Shown piece after piece: positions 1 to 7,402 of a DNA stretch of 34,444 nt. The stretch lies in the NCBI GenBank assembly GCA_964510975.1, contig CAZEDR010000003.1, forward strand, positions 1 through 34,444, written 5' to 3'. The DNA comes from an uncultured Melioribacter sp. GTDB lineage: Bacteria; Bacteroidota; Ignavibacteria; Ignavibacteriales; Melioribacteraceae. Numbering within the stretch: the first letter of the stretch is position 1; each line of letters opens with the position of its first letter. Both the position numbers and the translations under genes were made by a program. The notes beneath the pieces are model-generated. The model was not told the DNA's origin. It made no database searches and saw only the letters and a list, made by a program, of their open reading frames with translations.

Positions 1-1
1 A

Positions 2-205
2 AAAGTGAATTTGAAAACCGATGACGACACGCTTTACGAATACACTCTCCAGATGATTGAGGAAGGAAAGCTAAAAACCAACTTTGTCTGCAACGATATT
101 TACTCGCTTGAGCACATTCCTTTTGAGTACACAATAAAAACCAAATACGAGAAGATGCACTTAGAAGAAGGGAAGAAAATTAAGCTGGTGAGTTTTGGAT
201 TTTAG
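2..205 (+). CDS. trmB: tRNA (guanine-N7)-methyltransferase, C-terminal fragment (5' truncated by window)
   Basis: Frame is open from the window start. LKTD...LY and TKYE...GKKI...F match the TrmB C-terminal motifs. Confidence 0.8.
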   Translation, partial: KVNLKTDDDTLYEYTLQMIEEGKLKTNFVCNDIYSLEHIPFEYTIKTKYEKMHLEEGKKIKLVSFGF

Positions 206-318
206 CAGTGTCCTAACAAATGCTGTTTGTTGAATAAAATTATTCTTTGTTTAAGTTAACCTCATTTTCGTGCATTTTAACCGTTTTTCAATAATTTATT
301 TTTTTTCGGGAACCTTTC

Positions 319-347
319 TTGACTTTGTGACATCAAAATGATATCAT
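319..347 (+). promoter_or_regulatory. sigma70-type promoter of the SPFH operon
   Basis: TTGACT (319-324), 17-bp spacer, TATCAT (342-347). AGGAG RBS lies before the ATG at 376. Confidence 0.6.
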
Positions 348-357
348 TTCAATAGCA
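328..357. promoter_or_regulatory. candidate operator for the Arc/RHH repressor
   Basis: TGACATCA-aaa-TGATATCA-ttt-CAATAGCA with 11-bp period. It contains the perfect palindrome AAATGATATCATTT (336-349), which overlaps the -10 box. Confidence 0.55.
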
Positions 358-375
358 ATTAGAAGGAGTTGGGCA

Positions 376-1248
376 ATGAAAGCAATTACAGAAAAAGAAG
401 CAACGAAAACAAATGGTTTTATAATGCTGTTTGCATTCCTATTGGTTATAGCGGTTGATATTTATTTCTTCGTTCAAGCTGTTCAAGCAGATGAGCCGAT
501 TCGTCTAGCTTATATTCTTCCGGTATTTTTAATAGCCCTTACAATGCTTGCGGGCTTAACGGTAATTCAACCTAATGAATCGCGCGTACTGATTTTGTTT
601 GGTAAGTACACCGGTACACTTCGCGAATCCGGTTTCTGGTGGGTTAATCCTTTTACAGATAAGAAAAAAGTATCGCAGAGAATTCACAACTTTATCAGCG
701 ATAAAATTAAAGTGAATGATGTTCATGGCAACCCGATTGATATTGCAGCCGTAATTGTTTGGCGTGTGGTAGATAGCGCAAGAGCTTTGTTCGATGTTCA
801 GAACTTTGAACAGTTTGTAGCTATTCAAAGTGAAACTGCGATTAGAGCAATTACATCACAATACGCTTACGATTCCAGCGAGCATGATAAAATGTCACTC
901 GTTGGCAACCAGCATGAAATTGCTGAAGAGTTAAAGAAGCATACACAATCAAGATTAGAGATTGCCGGAATTGAAATTGTAGAAACAAGAATAAGCTACT
1001 TAGCCTACGCGCCGGAAATTGCACAGGCAATGTTACGCAGACAGCAGGCACAAGCAGTTGTTGCGGCAAGAACAAAGATTGTTGAAGGCGCTGTGGGTAT
1101 GGTTGATATGGCATTAAAAGCATTGAGCGAACAGCACATAGTGGTTCTTGATGAAGAAAAGAAAGCAACAATGGTGAATAATTTATTGGTAGCTCTTGTA
1201 AGCGAAACATCGGCTCAACCGGTTATTAACGCCGGAAGCCTGTACTAA
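376..1248 (+). CDS. SPFH/band-7 domain membrane protein
   Basis: Two N-terminal hydrophobic helices; FGKYxGT and KVNDxxGNPI motifs; [17 protein letters not shown] coiled region; ends [10 protein letters not shown]. Confidence 0.93.
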   Translation: MKAITEKEATKTNGFIMLFAFLLVIAVDIYFFVQAVQADEPIRLAYILPVFLIALTMLAGLTVIQPNESRVLILFGKYTGTLRESGFWWVNPFTDKKKVSQRIHNFISDKIKVNDVHGNPIDIAAVIVWRVVDSARALFDVQNFEQFVAIQSETAIRAITSQYAYDSSEHDKMSLVGNQHEIAEELKKHTQSRLEIAGIEIVETRISYLAYAPEIAQAMLRRQQAQAVVAARTKIVEGAVGMVDMALKALSEQHIVVLDEEKKATMVNNLLVALVSETSAQPVINAGSLY

Positions 1249-1252
1249 TAGT

Positions 1253-1280
1253 TTAGAGTGAAGAACGTAGAACGTAGAGT
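1253..1280 (+). repeat. degenerate 7-nt tandem repeat, 4 units
   Basis: TTAGAGT GAAGAAC GTAGAAC GTAGAGT fills most of the intergenic gap. Confidence 0.65.
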
Positions 1281-1289
1281 GAGTTGAAA

Positions 1290-1796
1290 ATGAGAAATTT
1301 GTCTGAATATATTGATGCGAATTTGAAAATCATTAAGAAATCTTTTTTCGGTTTTGAATACGATCTTGTAGCCGGAGAGGAAGTGCTTGGAAGTATCAAG
1401 TACAATATGTTCTTCGGCGCAAGAGAGATTGTAAAAGGACTGGAAAAGAGAAATGTTGAGTTTTATAAAACTCACTTTTTAAGCAGACAAATAAACATAC
1501 GCGAAGAGGGAAAAGAAATTCCATTTGCAAAATATAACCGCGAAATGATAAGCCGGATGGGGAATATATATTTGCCTAATGGAAACAAGCTTTTTATGCA
1601 TTTTGGTTTCTTTGATTTTACCACCGAGATAAGAGACGAAAAGGGTAATACTATATTACTCTTAAAACGCCAGGGCGCATTTTCAAGAACATTAAGTGTG
1701 ATAATAAAAAGAAAATCGGAACAAGTTGACGAAAACCCGTGGATTATTTTCTTAGCTCTATATCTAATAATTAAAAGAAGAAAAAGAAGAAGATGA
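1290..1796 (+). CDS. hypothetical protein, Tubby C-terminal/LURP-one/scramblase-like fold (paralog 1)
   Basis: Repeated beta-hairpin units (FF-x-Y/T-E/D-I/L), then a C-terminal hydrophobic helix and a KRRKRRR tail. ATG 1290 chosen because it aligns with the start of paralog 2. Confidence 0.6.
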   Translation: MRNLSEYIDANLKIIKKSFFGFEYDLVAGEEVLGSIKYNMFFGAREIVKGLEKRNVEFYKTHFLSRQINIREEGKEIPFAKYNREMISRMGNIYLPNGNKLFMHFGFFDFTTEIRDEKGNTILLLKRQGAFSRTLSVIIKRKSEQVDENPWIIFLALYLIIKRRKRRR

Positions 1797-2305
1797 AAAA
1801 CATATCGGATTACATTGGACATGAATTAGAAATAGTTAACAAGAACTTTTTCAAATCGTTCTTCGATCTGATCGCAGAGGGTATTCCGATTCTCTCTCTT
1901 AGAAATACCGATTTCTGGGGTAACCACCATGAGATTTCCGGATACGATAAGGTGTGGGAAATTACCAAACCTAGCATCTGGAAAGGAACGCTTGAAGTGA
2001 AAGAAAAGAACTCATCAATAGCTGTTGCAACATTCGGAAGCAGCACATTCGGCAACAAAGGAACAATTACTTTACCGCGCGGCGAAAAACTGCTGATAAT
2101 TACACACGTCTGGAAATCTACGTACGAATTACAGAATGAACTTGGAACAAGTCTGGTTTTGTTTAAGAACAAGAAATGGTATTCATCAACAATTAATGTA
2201 TCAATAGAAAAGAAAGCCGAAGTATTGGATAAATATCCGTTTCTAATAATGCTGGTGTTCTTTACTGCGCTGCAAAGGCATAATGCCGCTGCCGCTGCGG
2301 TTTAA
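1793..2305 (+). CDS. hypothetical protein, Tubby C-terminal/LURP-one/scramblase-like fold (paralog 2)
   Basis: ATGA overlap with paralog 1. Shares MxNxSxYI, GxIxLPxGxKL and KxExxDxxP-hydrophobic helix with it. Confidence 0.6.
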   Translation: MKNISDYIGHELEIVNKNFFKSFFDLIAEGIPILSLRNTDFWGNHHEISGYDKVWEITKPSIWKGTLEVKEKNSSIAVATFGSSTFGNKGTITLPRGEKLLIITHVWKSTYELQNELGTSLVLFKNKKWYSSTINVSIEKKAEVLDKYPFLIMLVFFTALQRHNAAAAAV

Positions 2306-2318
2306 CAATTAAATTATG

Positions 2319-2346
2319 AGTGCAAACGGAAACCGTTTGCACTTTG
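2319..2346 (+). terminator. perfect 11-bp hairpin (possible leaky terminator or stabiliser)
   Basis: AGTGCAAACGG-AAA-CCGTTTGCACT, followed by only a short T run. Confidence 0.45.
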
Positions 2347-2356
2347 AGTAATATAA

Positions 2357-2551
2357 ATGGCTGAAAAGAAAAAGTTTTTACTAAGAATAGATGATAAACT
2401 TTACGCCTCTTTGGAAAAATGGGCGGCGGATGATTTGCGTAGTATAAATGCTCAAATTGAATATTTGTTAAAGGATGCTGTTAAAAAATCGGGCCGGTTA
2501 AAAGATTCGCCTGAAGAAAATAGAGAAACAGATAATTCCTCAACCCAATAG
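2357..2551 (+). CDS. Arc-family ribbon-helix-helix DNA-binding protein
   Basis: KKFLLRID...LEKWAADDLRSINAQIEYLL is the typical SPFH-associated Arc-like sequence. Confidence 0.88.
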   Translation: MAEKKKFLLRIDDKLYASLEKWAADDLRSINAQIEYLLKDAVKKSGRLKDSPEENRETDNSSTQ

Positions 2552-2563
2552 AAAATATAGTTA

Positions 2564-3160
2564 ATGAAATTCCCTATACTAATCCTTTACGGTTACATGT
2601 TTTTATTTGCAAACATACATGCACAAAAAACAGAAGGCTCCACTACAATAGAAAAGCTTATTAAAAATCAGTTTGCGCTTTATCCCAAAATGGAAGCACG
2701 GGATCTTTACAAATTTCTTCATCAGGCGGCAATGGGAAGCGAGCACGCAGTAAAAGATACAAACGCAGTTAAAGCATGGATGGAGAGAGAAGTTGCCGGT
2801 TTAGATACTACAATCAATAATGATTTCATGGAACAGCTTTCTCCCGACGGAAGATTAGCAAGAGTAAACCTAAGACCCTATATAAAGAAAGGAAAGGCGC
2901 CGGCTTCTCTATTAAAAGCCTTTGTAGTAACTGGAAATAAGTATCCCGGTTCAAAAGAGAAGTTAATTCAGTATCTAAAAACAGCAAAAGAAATGATTGC
3001 TCATAAAGAAATTCCTGTGGAAGAAAACATATTCAATTCTTTAACGGAAGAATTATCCAAAAGCGGTTATCCGGCAATTCATCATTCGATTACTTACGAG
3101 CAGATATACAAACCGGCTTACCGCGTAGTAGATACAAAATATCTGGAACCGGAAAAATAA
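2564..3160 (+). CDS. conserved hypothetical secreted protein with GxxH and HHS...YxPxYRVV motifs
   Basis: 198-aa ORF with a signal peptide ending in IHA-Q; motifs DLYKFLHQAAMGSEH and AIHHSITYEQIYKPAYRVV. Confidence 0.75.
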   Translation: MKFPILILYGYMFLFANIHAQKTEGSTTIEKLIKNQFALYPKMEARDLYKFLHQAAMGSEHAVKDTNAVKAWMEREVAGLDTTINNDFMEQLSPDGRLARVNLRPYIKKGKAPASLLKAFVVTGNKYPGSKEKLIQYLKTAKEMIAHKEIPVEENIFNSLTEELSKSGYPAIHHSITYEQIYKPAYRVVDTKYLEPEK

Positions 3161-3255
3161 ATTTCCCTTTTTCACTAACCTCGTTTAATTCTTCCCACTA
3201 TATTTACACATAATATTTTTGAAAGGCCCCAATGAAGTGTTTCGTTGCTAACCTA

Positions 3256-5019
3256 ATGAAAAAACAGAGTGCTTACTTGATTGTTCTTGTTTTGCTGTTT
3301 TCATCTCTTCTATCGGCACAAACAGTAAAGCTAAAAATCATTCAAAGTACTGATGAACATGGCGCGATATTCCCATATGATTTTACAGACCGGAGAGATA
3401 TAAGCAACTCGTTAGCTCAGGTGTATTCTTATATAAAAGAAGAAAGAGCCAAGCCTGATCAAGAAGTAATGCTCTTAAGCGGCGGAGATATTATTCAAGG
3501 AACACCCGCCGTTTATTACTATAACTTCGAAAAAACTAACGTGTCTCATCTTTACGCCGATATGATGAACTTTATGAAGTATGACGCGGGCGCTGTCGGC
3601 AATCACGATGTTGAAACGGGTCATTCGGTTTACGACCGTTTTAATAAACAAATTAAATTTCCTTGGCTTGCAGCAAACGCAATAAACAGTAAAACGGGAA
3701 AGCCATACTTCAAACCGTATGCTGTATTTAATAAGAAGGGAATTAAGATTGCCGTACTCGGTTTAATTACTCCTCATATTCCTTCTTGGCTCCCGGAAAA
3801 AATATGGAAAGGAATTGAATGGGAAGACATGATTAAATCCGCCGAGAGGTGGCTTCAAATAATTAATCAAAAAGAAAAACCCGATTTGGTAATCGGCTTA
3901 TTCCACAGCGGCGTTGATTATGCTTACGGAAATCAGAAAGCAGATGAAGATAAAAATGAAAACGCATCTAAGCTGATTGCTCAGCGCGTTCCCGGTTTTG
4001 ATATTGTCTTTGTAGGACACGATCACAAAGGGTGGAATTATAAAGAGAAAAACTCCCTCGGCGAAGATGTTCAAATATTAGGCGCTACAAGTTCCGCAAG
4101 AGATGTATCGGTTGCTAACTGCACTTTAATATTCGACAAAGAAAACAAAACGTGGAAAAAAGAAATAACCGGAGAAATTGTTGAATCGAAAAACTATAAG
4201 CCCGATCCGGAATTCATGAAAAAGTTCAGCAAACAGTTTGAAGAGGTAAAGAAATATGTTTCCCGCCCAATCGGGAGTTTAACCGAGACACTTTACGCTC
4301 GCGAAGCGATTTTTGGTCCGGCGCCCTTCGCCGATTTTGTAAACAATATACAGCTTGAACTTACCGGCGCGCAGATTTCTTTTACTGCGCCGCTTTCTAT
4401 GAATGCTAAAATTGATAAGGGAGAAGTTTTTACTGGTACAATGTTTAAGCTCTACCGCTACGAAAACCTTCTTTATACAATGCAGTTGAGCGGGAAAGAA
4501 GTTAGAGACTATCTTGAATTTTCTTACAAGCTCTGGTACAACGAAATGAAGAATTGCGACGATCATCTTCTAAATTTTGATAAAGGTGATGGAGATAAAA
4601 TAATTTATGATAAGAGAAACAACACTCCGTTGTTAAAAAACCAATATTACAATTTTGATTGCGCCGCCGGAATTAACTATACCGTGGATCTTGCCAAACC
4701 GGTTGGTGAGCGCGTTACAATTCTTTCAATGGCAGATGGAAGCAAGTTTGATCCGGGTAAGAAATACAAGGTTGCCGTTAATTCATACCGCGGTAATGGT
4801 GGCGGGGGACATTTAGTAAGCGGCGCCGGAATTCCAAAAGAAGAATTATCTAAAAAAGTAATTACATCTACAGAGAAGGATTTGCGCTTTTACATTATGA
4901 AGTGGATAGAAAAGAGTAAAACCGTTACTCCAAAAACTCTCGGCAACTGGAAAGTAATTCCAGAAGACTGGTGGACAAAAGGAAAAGAGAAGGATTACAA
5001 AATTATGTTTGGGAATTAA
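3256..5019 (+). CDS. bifunctional metallophosphatase / 5'-nucleotidase family protein (CpdB-like)
   Basis: Signal peptide; calcineurin-like motifs TDEHG, GGDIIQG, GNHD, FHSG, GHDH; 5'-nucleotidase C-terminal domain (YRYENLL, YNFD, NSYRGNGGG). Alternative start at 3232. Confidence 0.92.
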   Translation: MKKQSAYLIVLVLLFSSLLSAQTVKLKIIQSTDEHGAIFPYDFTDRRDISNSLAQVYSYIKEERAKPDQEVMLLSGGDIIQGTPAVYYYNFEKTNVSHLYADMMNFMKYDAGAVGNHDVETGHSVYDRFNKQIKFPWLAANAINSKTGKPYFKPYAVFNKKGIKIAVLGLITPHIPSWLPEKIWKGIEWEDMIKSAERWLQIINQKEKPDLVIGLFHSGVDYAYGNQKADEDKNENASKLIAQRVPGFDIVFVGHDHKGWNYKEKNSLGEDVQILGATSSARDVSVANCTLIFDKENKTWKKEITGEIVESKNYKPDPEFMKKFSKQFEEVKKYVSRPIGSLTETLYAREAIFGPAPFADFVNNIQLELTGAQISFTAPLSMNAKIDKGEVFTGTMFKLYRYENLLYTMQLSGKEVRDYLEFSYKLWYNEMKNCDDHLLNFDKGDGDKIIYDKRNNTPLLKNQYYNFDCAAGINYTVDLAKPVGERVTILSMADGSKFDPGKKYKVAVNSYRGNGGGGHLVSGAGIPKEELSKKVITSTEKDLRFYIMKWIEKSKTVTPKTLGNWKVIPEDWWTKGKEKDYKIMFGN

Positions 5020-5028
5020 GTTGCTTGT

Positions 5029-5056
5029 GTAGAGACGTTGCACGCAACGTCTCTAC
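5029..5056. repeat. REP-like palindrome starting with GTAG
   Basis: GTAGAGACGTTGC-AC-GCAACGTCTCTAC: perfect 13-bp arms between convergent genes. Confidence 0.8.
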
Positions 5057-5065
5057 TTGAATATT

Positions 5066-5509
5066 TTATTTCATCTTTGGCATATCGCGAACAATTGCTT
5101 TTGTTTTAATCTCACCGGCTTTCTTCAAAACCAGTTTAAGATCGTAGCTCTCTCCAATCTTAACATCTTTTGTTAAGCCAATAAGCATTATGTGAAGATC
5201 GCGCGGCTTAAACATAACTGAAGATTTTGCCGGAACCGCAACGCTTTTGACTGCGCGCATACCCATCATATCGTTTTCTTTTTTAAATGTTTCGTGAAGT
5301 TCTACAACTTCAGCATTTGCAAACTTAACAGCAATTAATGTATCGGCTCTATCGCCATCATTCACAAGCTGAAAAAAGAATGCCGAGTTTGCCCCCTGTG
5401 CGGCTGGACGGAGCCACGGATCGTTTACGCTTATGGTTGATTTCTTTGTTGTCTGCCCGAATACGATTCCGGCTACAAAAAGTATTAATACTATTTTTTT
5501 CATCTTCAT
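5066..5509 (-). CDS. copper chaperone PCu(A)C
   Basis: Signal peptide, PWLRPA, and ELHET...MMGM...HIML (the H-x10-M-x21-H-x-M Cu motif). Confidence 0.93.
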   Translation of the reverse strand: MKMKKIVLILFVAGIVFGQTTKKSTISVNDPWLRPAAQGANSAFFFQLVNDGDRADTLIAVKFANAEVVELHETFKKENDMMGMRAVKSVAVPAKSSVMFKPRDLHIMLIGLTKDVKIGESYDLKLVLKKAGEIKTKAIVRDMPKMK

Positions 5510-5523
5510 CTCAAATATTGTTG

Positions 5524-6132
5524 TTAATCAAGTGATTTAATGTCGTTAACAATTTCATCAACGTTTATTCCGCTTCCCTTGTAGTTCTTGCGGATTCTTC
5601 CTTCTCCATCCATTAACTGAATTCGATCTGTGTGAGTGTAATAATAAATTTTTCTACCATCCTTAAACACGGTTGAATCACTAACAACAGCAAGAATTCC
5701 AATTCGGTTCATTAACGAATCAACAATGGGTTTATCTCCGGTAAGAAAGATCCAGTTGCTTAAATCCAGATTGCGAACTTCCGCAAACTTGCGGAGCGTC
5801 TCCGGTTTATCTTGAAGGGGATCGAAGCTGATTGAAACGAATTCCACGTTTTCAATTTTAGCTTCCTTAACTTTTTCTTGAATCATACGCATGTTGTTGG
5901 TTGTAAGGGGACAAATATCGGGGCAGTTTGTAAAAATGTAGCCAACCACAGTTAGTTTTCCTTTAGTAAGCCTAGGAAACGCGCGCGGGGTATTTGTCTG
6001 ATCTACAAGTGAAAACTTGGTATTGCTTAAATCATCAATCACCTCAAACTTATCTGCACAGCCGAACAACAATATGAGTATTGCAAAAGCCAAACTGCTT
6101 TTCACTTTTAATTTGTTAATTTTGGCGGCCAT
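5524..6132 (-). CDS. SCO1/SenC family lipoprotein
   Basis: Lipobox LFGC, FTNCPDICP (CxxxC), SFDPxxD and a distal His (THTD). Confidence 0.94.
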   Translation of the reverse strand: MAAKINKLKVKSSLAFAILILLFGCADKFEVIDDLSNTKFSLVDQTNTPRAFPRLTKGKLTVVGYIFTNCPDICPLTTNNMRMIQEKVKEAKIENVEFVSISFDPLQDKPETLRKFAEVRNLDLSNWIFLTGDKPIVDSLMNRIGILAVVSDSTVFKDGRKIYYYTHTDRIQLMDGEGRIRKNYKGSGINVDEIVNDIKSLD

Positions 6133-6189
6133 AAAATTATCTTTATTGATTGCTTAAAATTACTAATAGTTTCGCTTAATGGATATTAG

Positions 6190-7401
6190 ATGAAAATCAT
6201 GTATAAAACGTTTCTCATAATTCTTATTTCTTGTTCACTTTTTGCTCAAGAGCAGATACGAATAACCAGTTATAATGTGGAGAGATATCCGGCTAATAAT
6301 AACGCCGGGGCCGATTTGAAGAAAGTTCTAAAAGCTATCAGTCCAACTATACTTTTAACAGTTGAGTTAGACGGAAAAGATGCCGTGCATCAATTGCTCG
6401 GCAATACACTGGATTCGAGATATAAAGCATCAACAGAAGTGAACATAACTTGGGGGACAGGAAATGAAGCCGCTGTTTTTTATTTGGATTCTGTTGTAAC
6501 ATACTTGGGTTCCAGCATGATCTCGGCTGATACCCGTCCTATTGGTGAATTTAAGTTTGTCACCAAATCAACCAAAGATACTTTCTATGTTTTTGGAGTT
6601 CACTTAAAAGCTTATCCGGAAGAAACTGCACGAAGATTAAACGCAGTTAATTCTTTACGCAACAGAACTATAAAATTAAAACCGACCGATAACTATATGG
6701 TTGTTGGCGACTTTAACATTTTTACTTCAACAGAACCGGGATTTCAACGGTTATTAGATCAAAGCTCACCCGGCTATTTTATCGATATGTTGAATATCAA
6801 TGGGTCTTGGAACAGCAATCCGGCATTTGCTTCTGCAAGTACTTATTCGCCATCTTCGTTAAGAACACGGTTGGATATGATTTTAATCTCCGAAACCCTA
6901 AAAGACGGGCTGGGAATGGAGTACATTTCCAATTCATTTAAGATATTCGGGAATGATGATGGAAAACATTACGGAACTGCTGTAAACAATTCTTCCAAAG
7001 GAACCAATTATTGGTTTGAACAAGATGCTTCGCTTGGCGCTTCATTGATAAATGCTTCAGATCATCTGCCGATATACGCGGACTTTAACTTTCTCAAGAA
7101 AACGAAAATTGAAAATTCTCAACAAATACCAAGCAGATTCGAACTTTCGCAAAACTATCCTAATCCTTTTAATCCGGAAACAACGATTAGATATAGCTTG
7201 CCTACTGCCGGCTATGTAACTCTTAAGATTTATGACTTGCTTGGAAGAGAAATTAAAACACTCGTTAGTGAGTTTGTACAAGCCGGAGAGCATAGTGTTC
7301 AACTTTCTACTATCAACTCTCAGCTTTCGTCGGGAATTTATTTTTATCAGCTGAAAGTTGGTAACTTTGTAGCGACAAAGAAAATGGCGGTATTAAAATA
7401 G
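6190..7401 (+). CDS. secreted endonuclease/exonuclease/phosphatase (DNase I-like) protein with T9SS type A sorting-like C-terminal domain
   Basis: Motifs SYNV, VE, HLKA, GDFN, LD and SDHLP; C-terminal LSQNYPNPFNPETTI...SSGIYFYQL...KKMAVLK. Confidence 0.9.
   Translation: MKIMYKTFLIILISCSLFAQEQIRITSYNVERYPANNNAGADLKKVLKAISPTILLTVELDGKDAVHQLLGNTLDSRYKASTEVNITWGTGNEAAVFYLDSVVTYLGSSMISADTRPIGEFKFVTKSTKDTFYVFGVHLKAYPEETARRLNAVNSLRNRTIKLKPTDNYMVVGDFNIFTSTEPGFQRLLDQSSPGYFIDMLNINGSWNSNPAFASASTYSPSSLRTRLDMILISETLKDGLGMEYISNSFKIFGNDDGKHYGTAVNNSSKGTNYWFEQDASLGASLINASDHLPIYADFNFLKKTKIENSQQIPSRFELSQNYPNPFNPETTIRYSLPTAGYVTLKIYDLLGREIKTLVSEFVQAGEHSVQLSTINSQLSSGIYFYQLKVGNFVATKKMAVLK
7299..7326 (+). repeat. 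degenerate 7-nt tandem repeat inside CDS, 4 units
   Basis: TCAACTT TCTACTA TCAACTC TCAGCTT, read as QLSTINSQL. Confidence 0.6.
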
Positions 7402-7402
7402 A

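Noticed and set aside
319-330. Identical 12-mer TTGACTTTGTGA at 319 and 28307
   Set aside because: Explained by a shared -35 box followed by two different operators that both start with TGA. No further similarity.
2285-2299. GCCGCT GCCGCT GCG micro-repeat
   Set aside because: It simply encodes the poly-Ala tail and is too short to suggest phase variation.
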